Positions 12,497-24,200 of a DNA stretch of 48,219 bases are shown piece by piece (the stretch's first letter is position 1; the number at the start of each line of letters is the position of its first letter). Below the pieces are notes generated by a model. It was given only the letters and a program-made list of their open reading frames with translations. It made no database searches and was not told where the DNA came from. A program made the position numbers and the translations under genes. Where the stretch lies: contig CBFFRQ010000114.1 in the NCBI GenBank assembly GCA_965644315.1, forward strand, positions 1-48,219, in the 5' to 3' direction. This DNA is from Caecitellus pseudoparvulus. Taxonomy: Eukaryota > Protista > Bigyra: Bicosoecida.

Positions 12497-14708
12497 TCAT
12501 GCCTGGGCTGGAGGGGCTCCGCTTTGGAGGCGCGGAATGTCATGAAATACAAACGCTTCGCTTTTCGTGTGTATCTGTGATTACTTTTGTGGAACGTAAG
12601 CTTGTAGCTTGTGCATTTTTCGTGGAAAGGCTTTGGCTGAGAGACTGAACCAAGCAGAATGACTCAGGTGGGGATCTGGGCAGCGGTTGGGGCGTCGCTT
12701 GTCGAGGCGCGGGGTCAGATCGGAGCACCTGTGAGCAGCTCAAGTCGACATTACGTATTTACTAACTCATCGGGGGTGCTTGAGTGCAGCGTTTGCGCGA
12801 TGTGTGCTTGCGGGCTGTCAGCTGCGCCAGGCTCAGGCGACGGTCCGCTAAAGTGAAGCAGGGGCACCGAGAGGACAAATAAGTGCCACCATAGACGCAG
12901 CCAAGAGAACCAATAGTAGTTTAGTGAATATGCTTTACCAGTAATGGGCAGGTAAAGGCGGACTGTGGCCAGCACTGGTGGCTGGCGTGGCGAGTGCAAG
13001 GCGGCGGAAATTGGTGCATGGCAATGGAAACGAAGTGGGAGCCTCCAAGCAAGTACATGGCGAGATCGGCAACGTTGGGATGACTAAACACAAGGCAGGC
13101 AAGTTATATTACACTCCAGTACTACCTGAATTCTTGATCCTGGACTGTTACTAGCTCCTGCGCGTCCATGCTTGCTGACTGGCTTACAAGCTGAAGCTGT
13201 TGGTGTGGGCGTTCAGAGCAGGAACGCGGAGGTGGAAGGGCACAGGATGGTAACTACACTTCAGTCATGCAAATCATGGCGTGGGTGGCGTTGCGAATCA
13301 GTGCTTGTGTGGTGGTCAGTGAGCCGTGCGCCGGTGCTGATTGGGTGGACTTGCATCAAACCCCGCCGGGCAGGTCCAGGAGCGCTGTTTCCCATGCAGA
13401 CAGTGCTGAGTGGGCCCAGACTAGTCACCTATCGCCCTGTTAGTCAAAGCTTCGTCTTGCCGCGGCATGGTGCTCACCAACATTGCGAACCGATGCAGAC
13501 AGTGGAGTCTGGATATGGGGGCGGCGACCTTCGTAGACCAGTGACTGAGGGGGGCGGGCAGTGATGAGAGGTGTGGTGAAGATCACAGCACTATGGATGA
13601 CGGGGGAGCTGGGACGTCTGCCAGCGTGCAGACACCCTTGCAGCAACTGTTGGGAGCTGTGCGAGGGCTGACCTCCTGATGGAAGGTAGGGATGGAGCAA
13701 GGCCTTGCTGGAGGGAGGGCTTGCCAGATTGACGCCCAAGGCGAGCAAAGATGTTCGTCATGCTGCAGTACCAGGTGCGAACTTCAAGTTCTTGTTTGTG
13801 TGGCTCAAGGTCAGGCACGCCCTTGAACGACACGTTCTTCATCAAAAGGAATGTTTATGTGCAAACAACTGCTGTGGATGTCTTGGGGGATCCAGGGGTG
13901 AAATCGTTGGCGTTGCGTGTAGACAGCTCGATTCCTGTCAAAGCGGCACGCCGAAGAGGGGCGTGAACAGGAGAAGCCTTGGGGTGATGGTATCCAAGTG
14001 CAATGTAAGGGTGTGAGGCATTGGGCGCCGAATGAAATGGCAGCAATTGTTTGCCACGCGAGGTGAGACCTGCGTTTCATGCGAAACTGAACCAGCACAT
14101 GTGTCAGTCGATCTGAGCCCCCCCAGCACCCCCCTCCGCACAGCCCACATTGCACACGAGCGGCTTGGCTACAAATGCGAAGACACCACCTTCATATCCG
14201 TGCAGCATCGCCACCTTTGCTCTCAACGGTGGCGTCAGGAGCAGGTGTCGCTTCAAGCTGTTGGTGTCACATTCGTTTGTCACTTCATCGACACGAAAGA
14301 ACAGAGCGATCGGATCCTTGAGTCACAGAGAACGAAAAGGAAGTGGATGAGTATCTTCCATTCAACCTGTTCGCTGGCTTGCAGGTGGCCAAGCATCACA
14401 TGCGTTGCTCGGGCAGCAAGCAGGGCAACTTGTGGATGTTGCAAGCAAGGCCCACGCAGATGGTCCAGTCTCAAGAGCACAGAGGAGCGACCATCCACCG
14501 CACAAGGCAGCATTTGCACATGCGACACGTGGGCGTGTGCCTGGACCAGGCTTGGAGCATGGTTCTTGTCTGTGGCAGCTCGTCCATGGCAGCCGAGCCT
14601 GTGAACACTTCAGCAGCTTGGCGACTTGGCTCGACAAGCCTCAATGGTACACCAGCTTGGAGTGGCGACAAAAGTTCACTGGTATCAGGGTGGAGGGGGG
14701 TAATTTGG

Positions 14709-17700
14709 ATGGTGTGCCTGGCGAGCCTGTGGGCCGGAGTGATGGGTGCTGTGCCTGCATGTTGCGTTGTGAACAACAGCACTTTGACAAGCTGCAATGC
14801 GTGCTCAGGCACAGTGCTTGAAGTCTCAGACGGTGCCTTTAGCAGCATTGATGTGGCTGCATTTGACAACCTCACCAGCCTCAAAAACCTGAACCTGAAT
14901 AACAACGGCCTGACCAGCCTGCCTGTGGGTGTGTTTGGCAACCTTACCAGCCTCACCTCCCTGAGCCTGAGCATCAACGACCTGACGAGCCTGCCTGTCG
15001 GCGTATTTGACGCCTTGACCAAGTTGATACACCTGTACTTGGGCAGCAACAACCTGGGCACCCTTCCATCAGGCGTGTTTGGCAGCCTCACCAGCCTCGA
15101 CAGCCTGGCCCTGAGCGGCAACGAGTTGGTCAGCCTGCCTGAAGACGTGTTTGACAGCCTAACCAGCCTCACGACCCTGTACCTGTTCAGCAACGACCTG
15201 ACCAGCCTGCCCGTGGGCGTGCTTGACGGCCTCACCAGTGTCAGAACCCTGTTCCTGCAGGGCAACGCCTTGACCAGCTTGCCTGTGGGCGTGTTTGACA
15301 GCCTCACCAGTCTCGTTAGCCTGCACCTGAGCTACAACGACCTGACCAGCCTGCCTGTGGGCGTGTTTGACAGCCTCACCAGTCTTTCGACCCTGGAGTT
15401 GAATAGCAACGGCCTGACCAGCCTGCCTGTGGGCGTGTTTGACAGCCTCACCAGTCTTTCGACCCTGGACCTGGGTAGCAACAAGGACCTGACAAGTCTG
15501 CCCATAGGTGTGTTCAACGGCCTCACTAGCCTTGCCGCATTTTCTTCATCAGGATCCCCTTTTGCAAGCTCTTGCCCCCAGCTCCCAACAACAACGTTCA
15601 ACTGCTCCCTGTATGATGGCCCTCTTCCCTTGAGTCCGCAGCTCTGCATGTGTAGCCACTGCCCCATTGCGCCTCCCTTGTCCAACGAAACCATTAGTTG
15701 TCAAACACCGCAGAGCTGCTCAGCCACGCCAGGAAACAACCTTCTCATTTTACAGGAGGGAGCTGTTGTGAATTGTTCTGGCGTCGAATCTTGCTCAAAT
15801 GCCGTCATGTATTGTACGCGCCCATCCACGCCAGACCACTGCAGTATCTCGTGCACTGGTCCGGGCTCGTGTGTAGGCAGCACGCTGTATGGTGCTTGGA
15901 GTTGCATCGCGGGAACGTGCCCCCCAGTCGTGGACATTGTCTGTTTGCCCGGCCAGAGCTTGGCCTTAGCTTCGCCTACACCAAGCCCATCTGCGAACAC
16001 AACAAGCTCACCCACGGCAACACCGTCCCAGACGCCAAGTGTATCACAAACTGCACTTTCCACACCGTCTGCATTCCCGACGCTCTCTGGCACACCATCT
16101 CAAAGCGTCAGTGCCAAGGTCACGTCCAGTGTGAATGCCACTTCTACACCCAGCGTGACGCCGTCACTATCCACAAGTACAACCCCAAGTGGCTCACCTT
16201 CGTGTTTGCCTCTGGCCAACAACCTCACTTACTTCCAGAAATATCCCAACGCCGGGTGTACGGGCAGAAACGAGATTTACGTTGGGTATACTGAGCTGTC
16301 TGCATGTGCTGGAATTTGTCTTTCTGCTTTGAACTGTGTTTCGTTCGAGTTCCACAACGAAAATCACTCTCACTTTCGACAATGCCAAGTTTCAAACTCA
16401 TGCACCTTGGACTTGGCAACTTCACTTCAGAGTATTGATCTCTACTTTCCACTCACAGCCTTGGCCACAGCCACAGCATCAGCCAGTGTGACACCAAGCC
16501 AGCTCCCCAGCGGCTCCATCACACCCGCCATCACCGCATCACCAAGTGCAACCTCCTCTGTGACACCCAGCATCACATTGCACCCATCGGCATCGTCAGG
16601 CAGCACTCCATCCAGCACGTTGTCTGCGACAGGGGCGCCAACTTTTACCGCCAGAGCCACGCCCACCTCCACAGTGTCAGGCTCGCCCAGCGTGTCAGGA
16701 ACGGCTGGTGCGACGGGCACACCGTCGGCGTTTGTGGCCGCCTCGCCCTCCAGCACACGGTCATCGTCTCCCACAGTGTCAGGAACGGCTGGTGCGACGG
16801 GCACACCGTCGGCGTTTGTGGCCGCCTCGCCCTCCAGCACACGGTCATCGTCTCCCACAGTGTCAGGAACGGCTGGTGCGACGGGCACACCGTCGGCGTT
16901 TGTGGCCGCCTCGCCCTCCAGCACACCCTCATCAATTGCCCCTCTCCCCTCAGTTCCCCAAACAACTATTCCCACTCCCATCACAGCACCTTCTCCTTCT
17001 ACGCCCATTTCAGCAGGCTCAAGTTGGGCCTGGCAAGCGGAACGCGCAGGAAACTCCCCTTCAGCCTTTCACCTTGCATTTCCCGGCTCAGCAACCTGCC
17101 ATTCTGGATGTGATAGCGCCACCTCAGCACGGCTACTGCCATGTCCGCGCCAGGGTGCATGTGCAGTGTCCACGAGCCTGGCAGGTATCACTGGCTGCGC
17201 TCAAGGCCACACTGGAGCAGCATGTGGCACATGCATCCTCGGTTGGGCCGCCTCATCCCCTTGCTCTGCGTGTGAACAGTGCCCCGACACCAGGGTGTCT
17301 CCCGCAGCTGCAGCCATTGGATTTGCTGCTATTCAGGTCATCGTGGCACTGTTTCTTGCCGTCTTTGCTCTGCACAATTACGCCAAGGCTCCTGACCAAC
17401 TCACCACCAGCCTGTTCTCGGGCGGACTGCGGATCATGCTCTGGTTCATCGGCATGTCTGCCCAGATTGCTCTCCTCGCACCATCCGGCCCAGACTCCCT
17501 CCAGGCGTCAGCACACTCCCTGCACCAGTGGGCTGGCGCATGTGAGCTGGCCAAGCCGTGGGCAGGCCAGTCCACCACAGGTCTGAACGGCACGCTGTAC
17601 ACTCGCGATGCTGACACTGACTCAGCTGGTGCAGGTGGCATGGCTGTGCTGTCTGGCATCACTGGCTCCAGCAGCTTTGCCAGCTTGCCTTCTGTGGCCT

Positions 17701-19622
17701 GTGCTGCAGGTGGCGGCGACCCATCCAGCCCAGACAACGCTGGCAACCTGTTCATGGTGGCGCTGGGCGCCTTCCTGCTCCTGGCATCCGCACTGACGCT
17801 GGGTCTCACCGAGCCTGCAGCTGGTACAACGCGTGGTGTTTGGTGCAGTGTGTTGCTGTTGCTTCCAGCAGCCGCGTATGTTCGCCTGTTGCCTGCTCTG
17901 CTGCAGCTGCACGCCGAGTTGGTGGGGCTGCGGCCCCAGCACGAAGCACTGGCTGACGCCAACACACCAGCTGGCACCATGAAGGCTGCAGTTCCCTTCA
18001 TCTTCCCGCTTGTGCTGCACATTCTTGCAGGCAGTGTGGGCTTCGTCGCCTTCATGGCTTGGCGTCAGTGGCGAGGAGGGGCGACCGCTGCATTGCGAGG
18101 CGCTACGGTGCGTGGCTTCCTGTCCAACGGCTACCGCATCCAGATGACACCACTGCAAGCTCGTAGCCTTGTGGCGCATGCAGGCGGCGACAAGAGCAGT
18201 GCCATTGCGGATGCCGCTGTTGCTGAGGCTGTGCAAGCTCAGTCAGCATGCTGGGGCTTCGCATGGCTGCTGCCCACACACACATTCCTCGCGATGCAGA
18301 CCACTCTTGTCGCTGTCGTGGCGTGTGTCACGTGGCTGTCCACTGACATTATTCTGCGCCTGTGCATGGTGGGTGGGGCGGTGCTGGGCAGTCTTCTCCT
18401 CGTGCGGTGGCGGCGGCCCTGGTGTCTGGAGGAGCTGACTGACCTGGACGTCATGGCCCATGGCGGCATCCTGCTGCAGGTGATTCTGGTGGGCGCGAAC
18501 AGCCTCCGGCCACCTGCAGGTGTGCGGGGAGTCACTGACGCTCTGCTGTACATCTCCCAGGGCGTCGTTCTGCTTGCCATTCTGCTGGTGGTGGTGCGTG
18601 GGTACAGCTCAGCGGCACGGGCAGTGCTGGCTCAAGTCGGAGCCCGCATCCGGGCTCTGCTGCCTGAACTGGGCAGTGCGGACAGTGCAGGGGACAGCAC
18701 CGTGGGGCAGATTGTGGACAGTCGAGTGCCGACGCTCGTGGACATCGTGTCAGCCCTGGCGCAGCGACTGGTGAGGTGTGGCCGCATCCAGCCAGCCGCA
18801 CCGCGCACCGCCACAAGCTTGGGCACTGTGCTGTCGTTCCCTGGAGGCATGGTGCAGCAAGGGGTGACTGGTAGTCCACGTAGCGATGCCGATGCCGTGC
18901 TGCAGGCACTGGGTCCCAGGGGAGCCGCCCTCGTGTCGGTGGCATCCACGCCAAGGGCAGAGCCAACAAACGCCGCAGCAGAAGGTACACCAGGAGCGCA
19001 GGCAGGCACAAGCGGGGTCCAGCCAACGTCTTTGCTGGGGTTGCAGGAAACATCACTGCTCCCCATCACCGAGGCTGGTGCGGGCAACACGTCCAATCCG
19101 TTGCGGGCAGGCAAGCCGGATGACACCCCTGCACGCAGCGATGAAGGAGCTGGTGCAGAGAAGCAGGGCACTTTGCCACCACAGCCAGGCCAAGCAAGGC
19201 GAACGCCTGATCTGCCAGCAAGCCGGTCGCGTTCACCCGACCAGCTTGCCAACCTGCCATCATCTGGAGCCCCCCCCAGCTCACTGGGGGGACTTGCAGG
19301 GTTCGACCACTCGGTGTTTGGGGCACTGGGTGCGCGTGGAGCTTTTGGTGATGGTGGGTCGAGTTCCAGTTTCAGCGGGGGATTGGGGCTTGGCGGGCAA
19401 GGCGAAGTAACAGGGAACCCCCTGCAGCGCACGCGCCGCCTGAGCATGGGCCACATGGCGGCCCTCACAGACATGGCGGAGCAGCAGCGCACTCGGCGGG
19501 GCTCATTGGCAGCCAGGCGATCCTTCGATGACCGTGGCCGGATGTCCTTCACCAACGCGGCTCGCCGGCGGTCGTCCACCTCCCGGCGCAGGAGCAGCGC
19601 CGTCAAGCCGCCTTCGTCTTGA
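14709..19622 (+). CDS. LRR-containing multi-pass membrane receptor-like protein: signal peptide, ~10 LRRs, Cys-rich region, PAN/Apple-like module, Ser/Thr/Pro stalks, multiple TM helices, cytoplasmic tail
   Basis: ORF 14343..19622. The hydrophobic MVCLASLWAGVMG at 14709 is the likely start. It contains 24-aa LRRs (LTSLPVGVFDSLTSL-x-x-L-x-L-x-x-N), a C...C-x3-C-x5-CVSF module, a C-x-x-GH-x-G-x-x-CG-x-C motif and several hydrophobic segments. Confidence 0.85.
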   Translation: MVCLASLWAGVMGAVPACCVVNNSTLTSCNACSGTVLEVSDGAFSSIDVAAFDNLTSLKNLNLNNNGLTSLPVGVFGNLTSLTSLSLSINDLTSLPVGVFDALTKLIHLYLGSNNLGTLPSGVFGSLTSLDSLALSGNELVSLPEDVFDSLTSLTTLYLFSNDLTSLPVGVLDGLTSVRTLFLQGNALTSLPVGVFDSLTSLVSLHLSYNDLTSLPVGVFDSLTSLSTLELNSNGLTSLPVGVFDSLTSLSTLDLGSNKDLTSLPIGVFNGLTSLAAFSSSGSPFASSCPQLPTTTFNCSLYDGPLPLSPQLCMCSHCPIAPPLSNETISCQTPQSCSATPGNNLLILQEGAVVNCSGVESCSNAVMYCTRPSTPDHCSISCTGPGSCVGSTLYGAWSCIAGTCPPVVDIVCLPGQSLALASPTPSPSANTTSSPTATPSQTPSVSQTALSTPSAFPTLSGTPSQSVSAKVTSSVNATSTPSVTPSLSTSTTPSGSPSCLPLANNLTYFQKYPNAGCTGRNEIYVGYTELSACAGICLSALNCVSFEFHNENHSHFRQCQVSNSCTLDLATSLQSIDLYFPLTALATATASASVTPSQLPSGSITPAITASPSATSSVTPSITLHPSASSGSTPSSTLSATGAPTFTARATPTSTVSGSPSVSGTAGATGTPSAFVAASPSSTRSSSPTVSGTAGATGTPSAFVAASPSSTRSSSPTVSGTAGATGTPSAFVAASPSSTPSSIAPLPSVPQTTIPTPITAPSPSTPISAGSSWAWQAERAGNSPSAFHLAFPGSATCHSGCDSATSARLLPCPRQGACAVSTSLAGITGCAQGHTGAACGTCILGWAASSPCSACEQCPDTRVSPAAAAIGFAAIQVIVALFLAVFALHNYAKAPDQLTTSLFSGGLRIMLWFIGMSAQIALLAPSGPDSLQASAHSLHQWAGACELAKPWAGQSTTGLNGTLYTRDADTDSAGAGGMAVLSGITGSSSFASLPSVACAAGGGDPSSPDNAGNLFMVALGAFLLLASALTLGLTEPAAGTTRGVWCSVLLLLPAAAYVRLLPALLQLHAELVGLRPQHEALADANTPAGTMKAAVPFIFPLVLHILAGSVGFVAFMAWRQWRGGATAALRGATVRGFLSNGYRIQMTPLQARSLVAHAGGDKSSAIADAAVAEAVQAQSACWGFAWLLPTHTFLAMQTTLVAVVACVTWLSTDIILRLCMVGGAVLGSLLLVRWRRPWCLEELTDLDVMAHGGILLQVILVGANSLRPPAGVRGVTDALLYISQGVVLLAILLVVVRGYSSAARAVLAQVGARIRALLPELGSADSAGDSTVGQIVDSRVPTLVDIVSALAQRLVRCGRIQPAAPRTATSLGTVLSFPGGMVQQGVTGSPRSDADAVLQALGPRGAALVSVASTPRAEPTNAAAEGTPGAQAGTSGVQPTSLLGLQETSLLPITEAGAGNTSNPLRAGKPDDTPARSDEGAGAEKQGTLPPQPGQARRTPDLPASRSRSPDQLANLPSSGAPPSSLGGLAGFDHSVFGALGARGAFGDGGSSSSFSGGLGLGGQGEVTGNPLQRTRRLSMGHMAALTDMAEQQRTRRGSLAARRSFDDRGRMSFTNAARRRSSTSRRRSSAVKPPSS
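14838..15535 (+). repeat. 72-bp coding LRR tandem repeats (~10 copies)
   Basis: Repeated ctgaccagcctgcctgtgggcgtgtttgacagcctcaccag framework with variable intervening codons. Confidence 0.9.
16692..16928 (+). repeat. 84-bp coding tandem repeat, ~3 copies (VSGTAGATGTPSAFVAASPSSTRSSSPT)
   Basis: gtgtcaggaacggctggtgcgacgggc recurs at 16692, 16776 and 16860. Confidence 0.95.
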
Positions 19623-19800
19623 GGTTCGGAAGTTCAATGCATTACAGCCTTTTAGCTATTCGAAATGCATTTCACCTCAGCACCACTTGGCACTGTACAG
19701 GTTAGGAAGTTCAATGCATTGCAACCTCTTGTTTTCAACCACACTCACTTCACACTTGCTCCTCGAGAGAAGCGGGCTGCGGCGCTCGCTTGCGTCGCGC
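19623..19800 (-). mobile_element. Degenerate relics (2-3 stacked) of the retroelement 3'-terminal motif
   Basis: ggttcggaagttcaatgcattaca (19623), ttagctattcgaaatgcatttcacctc (~19652) and ggttaggaagttcaatgcattgca (19700) resemble ggttagctgttcaatgcattgcacttcacctc at 31929. gcggcgctcgct (~19779) also occurs near 32000. Confidence 0.5.
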
Positions 19801-21296
19801 ACATATCTTGCACGAAACATGGTGAGTCACCGTGTGAGATGAGCATGTTCCATCAGGAACATGGTATTAAATGTTAGTCGTCGTCATTCAGGCGTTCGGC
19901 GCCAGTTGGGCGAGTTGGGCGCGGGTTTCGGCCTTGGCGTGTTGGGGGCGCCGCGGCGACCCCGCGCACACCACGCCACCCCGCGACCCAAAACGGCCCC
20001 GCCGCGCGTTACGACACCGGGAACTTCAGAATAACTTCTTCGAATGCACTATCAACCCAAAGCAAGCTTTTATCACTCACTTTCTTCCTCCTCTGCTGCG
20101 CCACCTCGCCCGGGAGTGAGGTGGCTCGGCATGGTCCAGGCGGCAGGCGTGGCGGCCGTGTAGCGGGCTCGCCGCGCGAGGTCCGCGGCGGGCTGCCCGC
20201 GTTCCACACCTGCGCCCCGAAGTTGAGCTTCTACCACGTGATTAAACACGGCCCCACAGTACCGGATGCACGTTTTCAGGACTTTCGTCCATCCGGGAGG
20301 TGCGGCGACCACCTCGTGGGGCCAGTGGAATCTTTTGCCGTCTGCGGCACCCCCAGGATTCGGGAGCAACTTTTGCCGCAAGGGCCCAGCAAATTCCTCC
20401 AGTGCTTCAGCAGTCCTCACCGGGCCATGACCCAGCATGTGGGCGTCTTTCAGACCCAGGCACTGTTGTCATGTGCATTTCGTTGCCGATCACTCAAAGC
20501 TGGGCGAGCAGTATTGCCAGCGTGTGGAGCACTGCGGTTGACATTAGCAAATCGACCCCCAGCCTTGGGGAGCATCTGTGAAGGTCAGATGACTTGCTTC
20601 TTGCTCAATCCGCCACACAGTTTGCCAGGCTTGGCCTTCGCTGCTTGACAGGTGTGAGCCTTGCCTTTGCAGGTCATGGCCGTGCCGTCATTGGACTCCA
20701 TTGAACAAATCAATCTGGAGGTAACCCAATACTGCCAAGCATGTAGTGGTGTGCTGTGCAGTCCCTGCACCTGGGCAGCCATGCCATCGTGGACGGCGCC
20801 TTGCATTTGTTTGCGCTGCCGTGGGCAGAGCCAGTCAAACACGTTCTGCAGCTTGGCAGCGAAAGGGGCCGGACTGGGAGCGCTAAGTGGCCATCATTAA
20901 AATTTATCGTCCATATGTCAAAGTGTCAGAATTCGCCTTGCCGCTGTAATCCAGCGGCAGGACGCCAGGGGGCAGTGCAGAGCAGGCAGCTGAGCTGCGG
21001 AAATCGGATGTAGGTGCAGTGTCTTGCACGGGAGACATTTGTGAGCCTGACGCGAGGTGGGGGCGGCTGCCATGATTGGCACGTCAATGCCTTAGAAACA
21101 CTGTTGAATGTGAAGTATGGAGACTGGCGTTCCACCTTGGGCCAGCTGCTGCCGGTGAAGCTCGCCGCTGCTGGTGTCTTGGCCTACTCGCGATGCGGAC
21201 TGGTCGCTGACCAAGCTGCTGGCGGTGGATGAGGGACCCGATGCTGAATGACCATGGAATGAGCTGCACTGGTGTGGGGTTCCACTCCCTCTTTGC

Positions 21297-24200
21297 TTGA
21301 CGGCATGGACGAGGGAGTGCTTTGCGAGAGGTGCTGGTGTTGCTGCCGCTTCGTGCGCCTGGGAGCGTTCTGCCATTGCCACTGACGGCAGCGGCGCCGC
21401 TCAGCGCAGGGTGGCGTGCCTCCCACAGGCGCTGCACAAGAGTGCATGCGTATCATGCCGTAACCTTCAGCATGCTCGCGGCAGTCTTCCACGCCCATCC
21501 CACGATGCCACAGCGTGCGTCGCCACGCCCTCAGCACCAGCTGCATCCACACCCAGCAACTCTCCCTCTGTGACGCCATCAGTGACAGCAACTCGCAGCG
21601 CGACTCCGTCTTCAAGGCCGCCTGAGTGGCTGTCCTCGACTGTGCAGCAAGAAGTGGCCTTGAATGGGGGCACCATCGTTGCAGCACTGCACGATCCAGC
21701 GGTGCTGTTGGTCGGTGCTCAGACAGGGACCAGTGTTGGCGCCCCCTTGTTTCTATCTGACGCAGCAGACGTCGGATCTGCTGCGACACTTGCTGTTTTG
21801 AGCGTGTCTTGCATCGACGCGAGGCTTACGGCTTGGGGTCCTTGTCTGCCCTCGACTGACTGGTGGAGTGTGACTCGAACCTTTACGTCCACGTTTCCAC
21901 GCTTGGTCGTCTCCCTTTCCTTGCAGCTTGGGCCTGCCGCAGTTGATGGGCTGCCACGACTCCCCAGCGCGTACTTGGAGTCGACTGAGAATTCGGGAGC
22001 ATTTGACCTTGTGGTTCACGTCCGTGGCGTCGTGGGCTTGAATGCGACTGCAGTCGTGCCCGTGAAGGTGGTCGACTTGGCTGCAAGCTCAGCGCCACTG
22101 CCTTCCATCGCCCCATCCAGGTCGCCCCTCGTGCGCCCATCGAGCAGCAGAACGCCAACGCCAACGACATCCAGCAGTGCGTCCGCCCAGCCAACGAAAT
22201 CACCCGGTGCCTCCCCCTCGTCCTCCGCCAGCGTCACTCCCCAGCCCCTGCCGTTCCTCACCGCATTCCCCGTGGAAGTGGGCGCTGGTTTTGAGCTGAA
22301 CGGCCAGTCTGATATAAAGTCTCAAGCTGTCATCGTGTCCAGTGTCGAACACGTGCACTGGGACGCACAGATTTCCTTTTGGGGCCAACAGCAGGGCTGG
22401 CTGACGCTGTCTGCAGCCCAGAAGGCGTGACTCCCCGCAAACCAAAGCCAGCAAGGAGTCGTCTTGACCATGCAGTCTGTGAACCTGCCTCCTGGTCTGC
22501 ACCGGGCCACGGTTACCTTCCAGGCAAACTCGACGGCTTCAAGCGAAGCGGCTGGCTGGGCAACTGGGCGACTTCGGGTGGCCGACCTTTAGCCTGTCAT
22601 CGTGCAGGTCACGTTGCGGGTCATCGCGCCGATCTCGGACATACGGCCTCGTGTCATGGAGCGAAACGTCATCCCAGGCGGCAACAGCACCCAACAGCTG
22701 CTTCTGCGAAATGTTGGGTCTGGCACCCTGACCTGGACACTTGACCACGCGGACGCTACATTGGCTCCATGGCTCGCAGTGTGCACCCCAGCAGGTGTAT
22801 GTGGCCATGCTGGAGGCACCGGCTCCGACATTGCTTCCGTGCTTGTCAGTGAGCAGGGCGTCGTTTCGGTTGGATCCTTGCGCGAAGTGTCAGGGGTGCT
22901 GCAGGGGTCCCTTGGCGTGGGTGAGCGCGTGCTCCTCACAGTGTGGCTGGTGTCTCCGGGTGCAGCTGTCAGCGGACTGTTTTCGAGCACCTTGCGCTTG
23001 CGCACGAATGAGTGCGATGCCAAGTCCAAAGCTGGGCAGCTTGATCATGTGCTGCCCGTGACCATGCGCTGTACGCTGCTTTCTGTGGCCACTGGCACCG
23101 TGTCGCTGACAGTGGCGCCAAGCAAGGACGCCTCCGGCATCGCCATTCTGCAGACGTTGGCTTCCTTCGCTGATCTACACGTGCAAGTGGTTCCGTCGCA
23201 GGGCACCACGTCCACAGCCACATGGCTCCAAACAACCACGACAAAGCATGAGCTCTTGCTGCCTGCTTCCACTGGGCAACTGGTGGTGCCAGTCAGCGTT
23301 GTGCATGGGGGTGAGCTGTGTCTTGGGCCACGGCCACCCCCAGGGCTTCTGTGCGGCAGCGGAGAGCTTGCGGCAACAATCCTGGTGCGCATCACTGCAT
23401 TTGTGGCAGAAGGTGCGTCAGGTGCGACGGACGTGGCCGCGCTGGCAGCGTACGAAGAAATCCGGGCTATCCCAGTGCGGGTGCAGGTGCGCGGTGGAGG
23501 GGCGTTCTCGCACACGAGTAGATTCATGCTGCCCGATGCCGTTTCGTGGCCCAAACGCGCTGACCGCGAAATGATTGCCATTCAGTCTGCTTTGAGCGGG
23601 CAACGCAACATGTCCATGGTGGATGCCTCAGCGCCTGGAGGCACAATCATTGTGTCTGAGCGACAGCAAGTGGGGCTCCTGCTTGATGCTCGAGATGCCA
23701 CAAGTCGGGAAGTACAGTCCCTTGTTGAGTTGCCGCAAGTGCGACAGTTAGTGACTGGCGAACCCGACCTGACTGTTGGGCTGGCGGCGCTGGACGAAGG
23801 GCGTGCCGTACTGCAAGTCCAACCATCTCAGCCACAAACTACGCTGCTCAGATCCTCTATCTCTGGGCAAGCCATATATCCGTATCTGTCACGGGGTGCG
23901 GTGGCTGTGCCTGCTGTGGTAGTGAGCCCGACTTGCCGCACCGACAGCGAGGTGCTAGCTGACTCGCAGATGGACTGCATTTGTGCTACTGGCTGGGAGC
24001 GCCGCCAGAGCACCAATGACACTTTTGGGCTTCGTTGTGAACGCTGCCCTCCTGGAACAATCCGGGCCAATGTTGAAAACCAAGAGGCTGCATGCACGCA
24101 GTGCCCTGGCGGCACGTTTGCCAACCTGGCCCAGACCAAGTGCTTGCAGTGCCCCTTGAACGGCGTCAGCTGCGCTGCTGGGCAGTTCAGGCCTCGCCCG

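Noticed and set aside
12500-14340. Short ORFs in the intergenic region, and similarly at 6500-7400, 19900-21300 and 28500-29350
   Set aside because: No recognisable motifs or consistent coding signal, so no gene call can be supported.
22428-22592. Stop-codon reassignment or readthrough suggested by in-frame TGA and TAG
   Set aside because: Other genes end normally at TGA/TAG and long ORFs lack internal stops. The TGA is explained by compensating small insertions (gcc-ca-gaa ggc gtg-a-ctc). A GC-AG intron is possible but unsupported.
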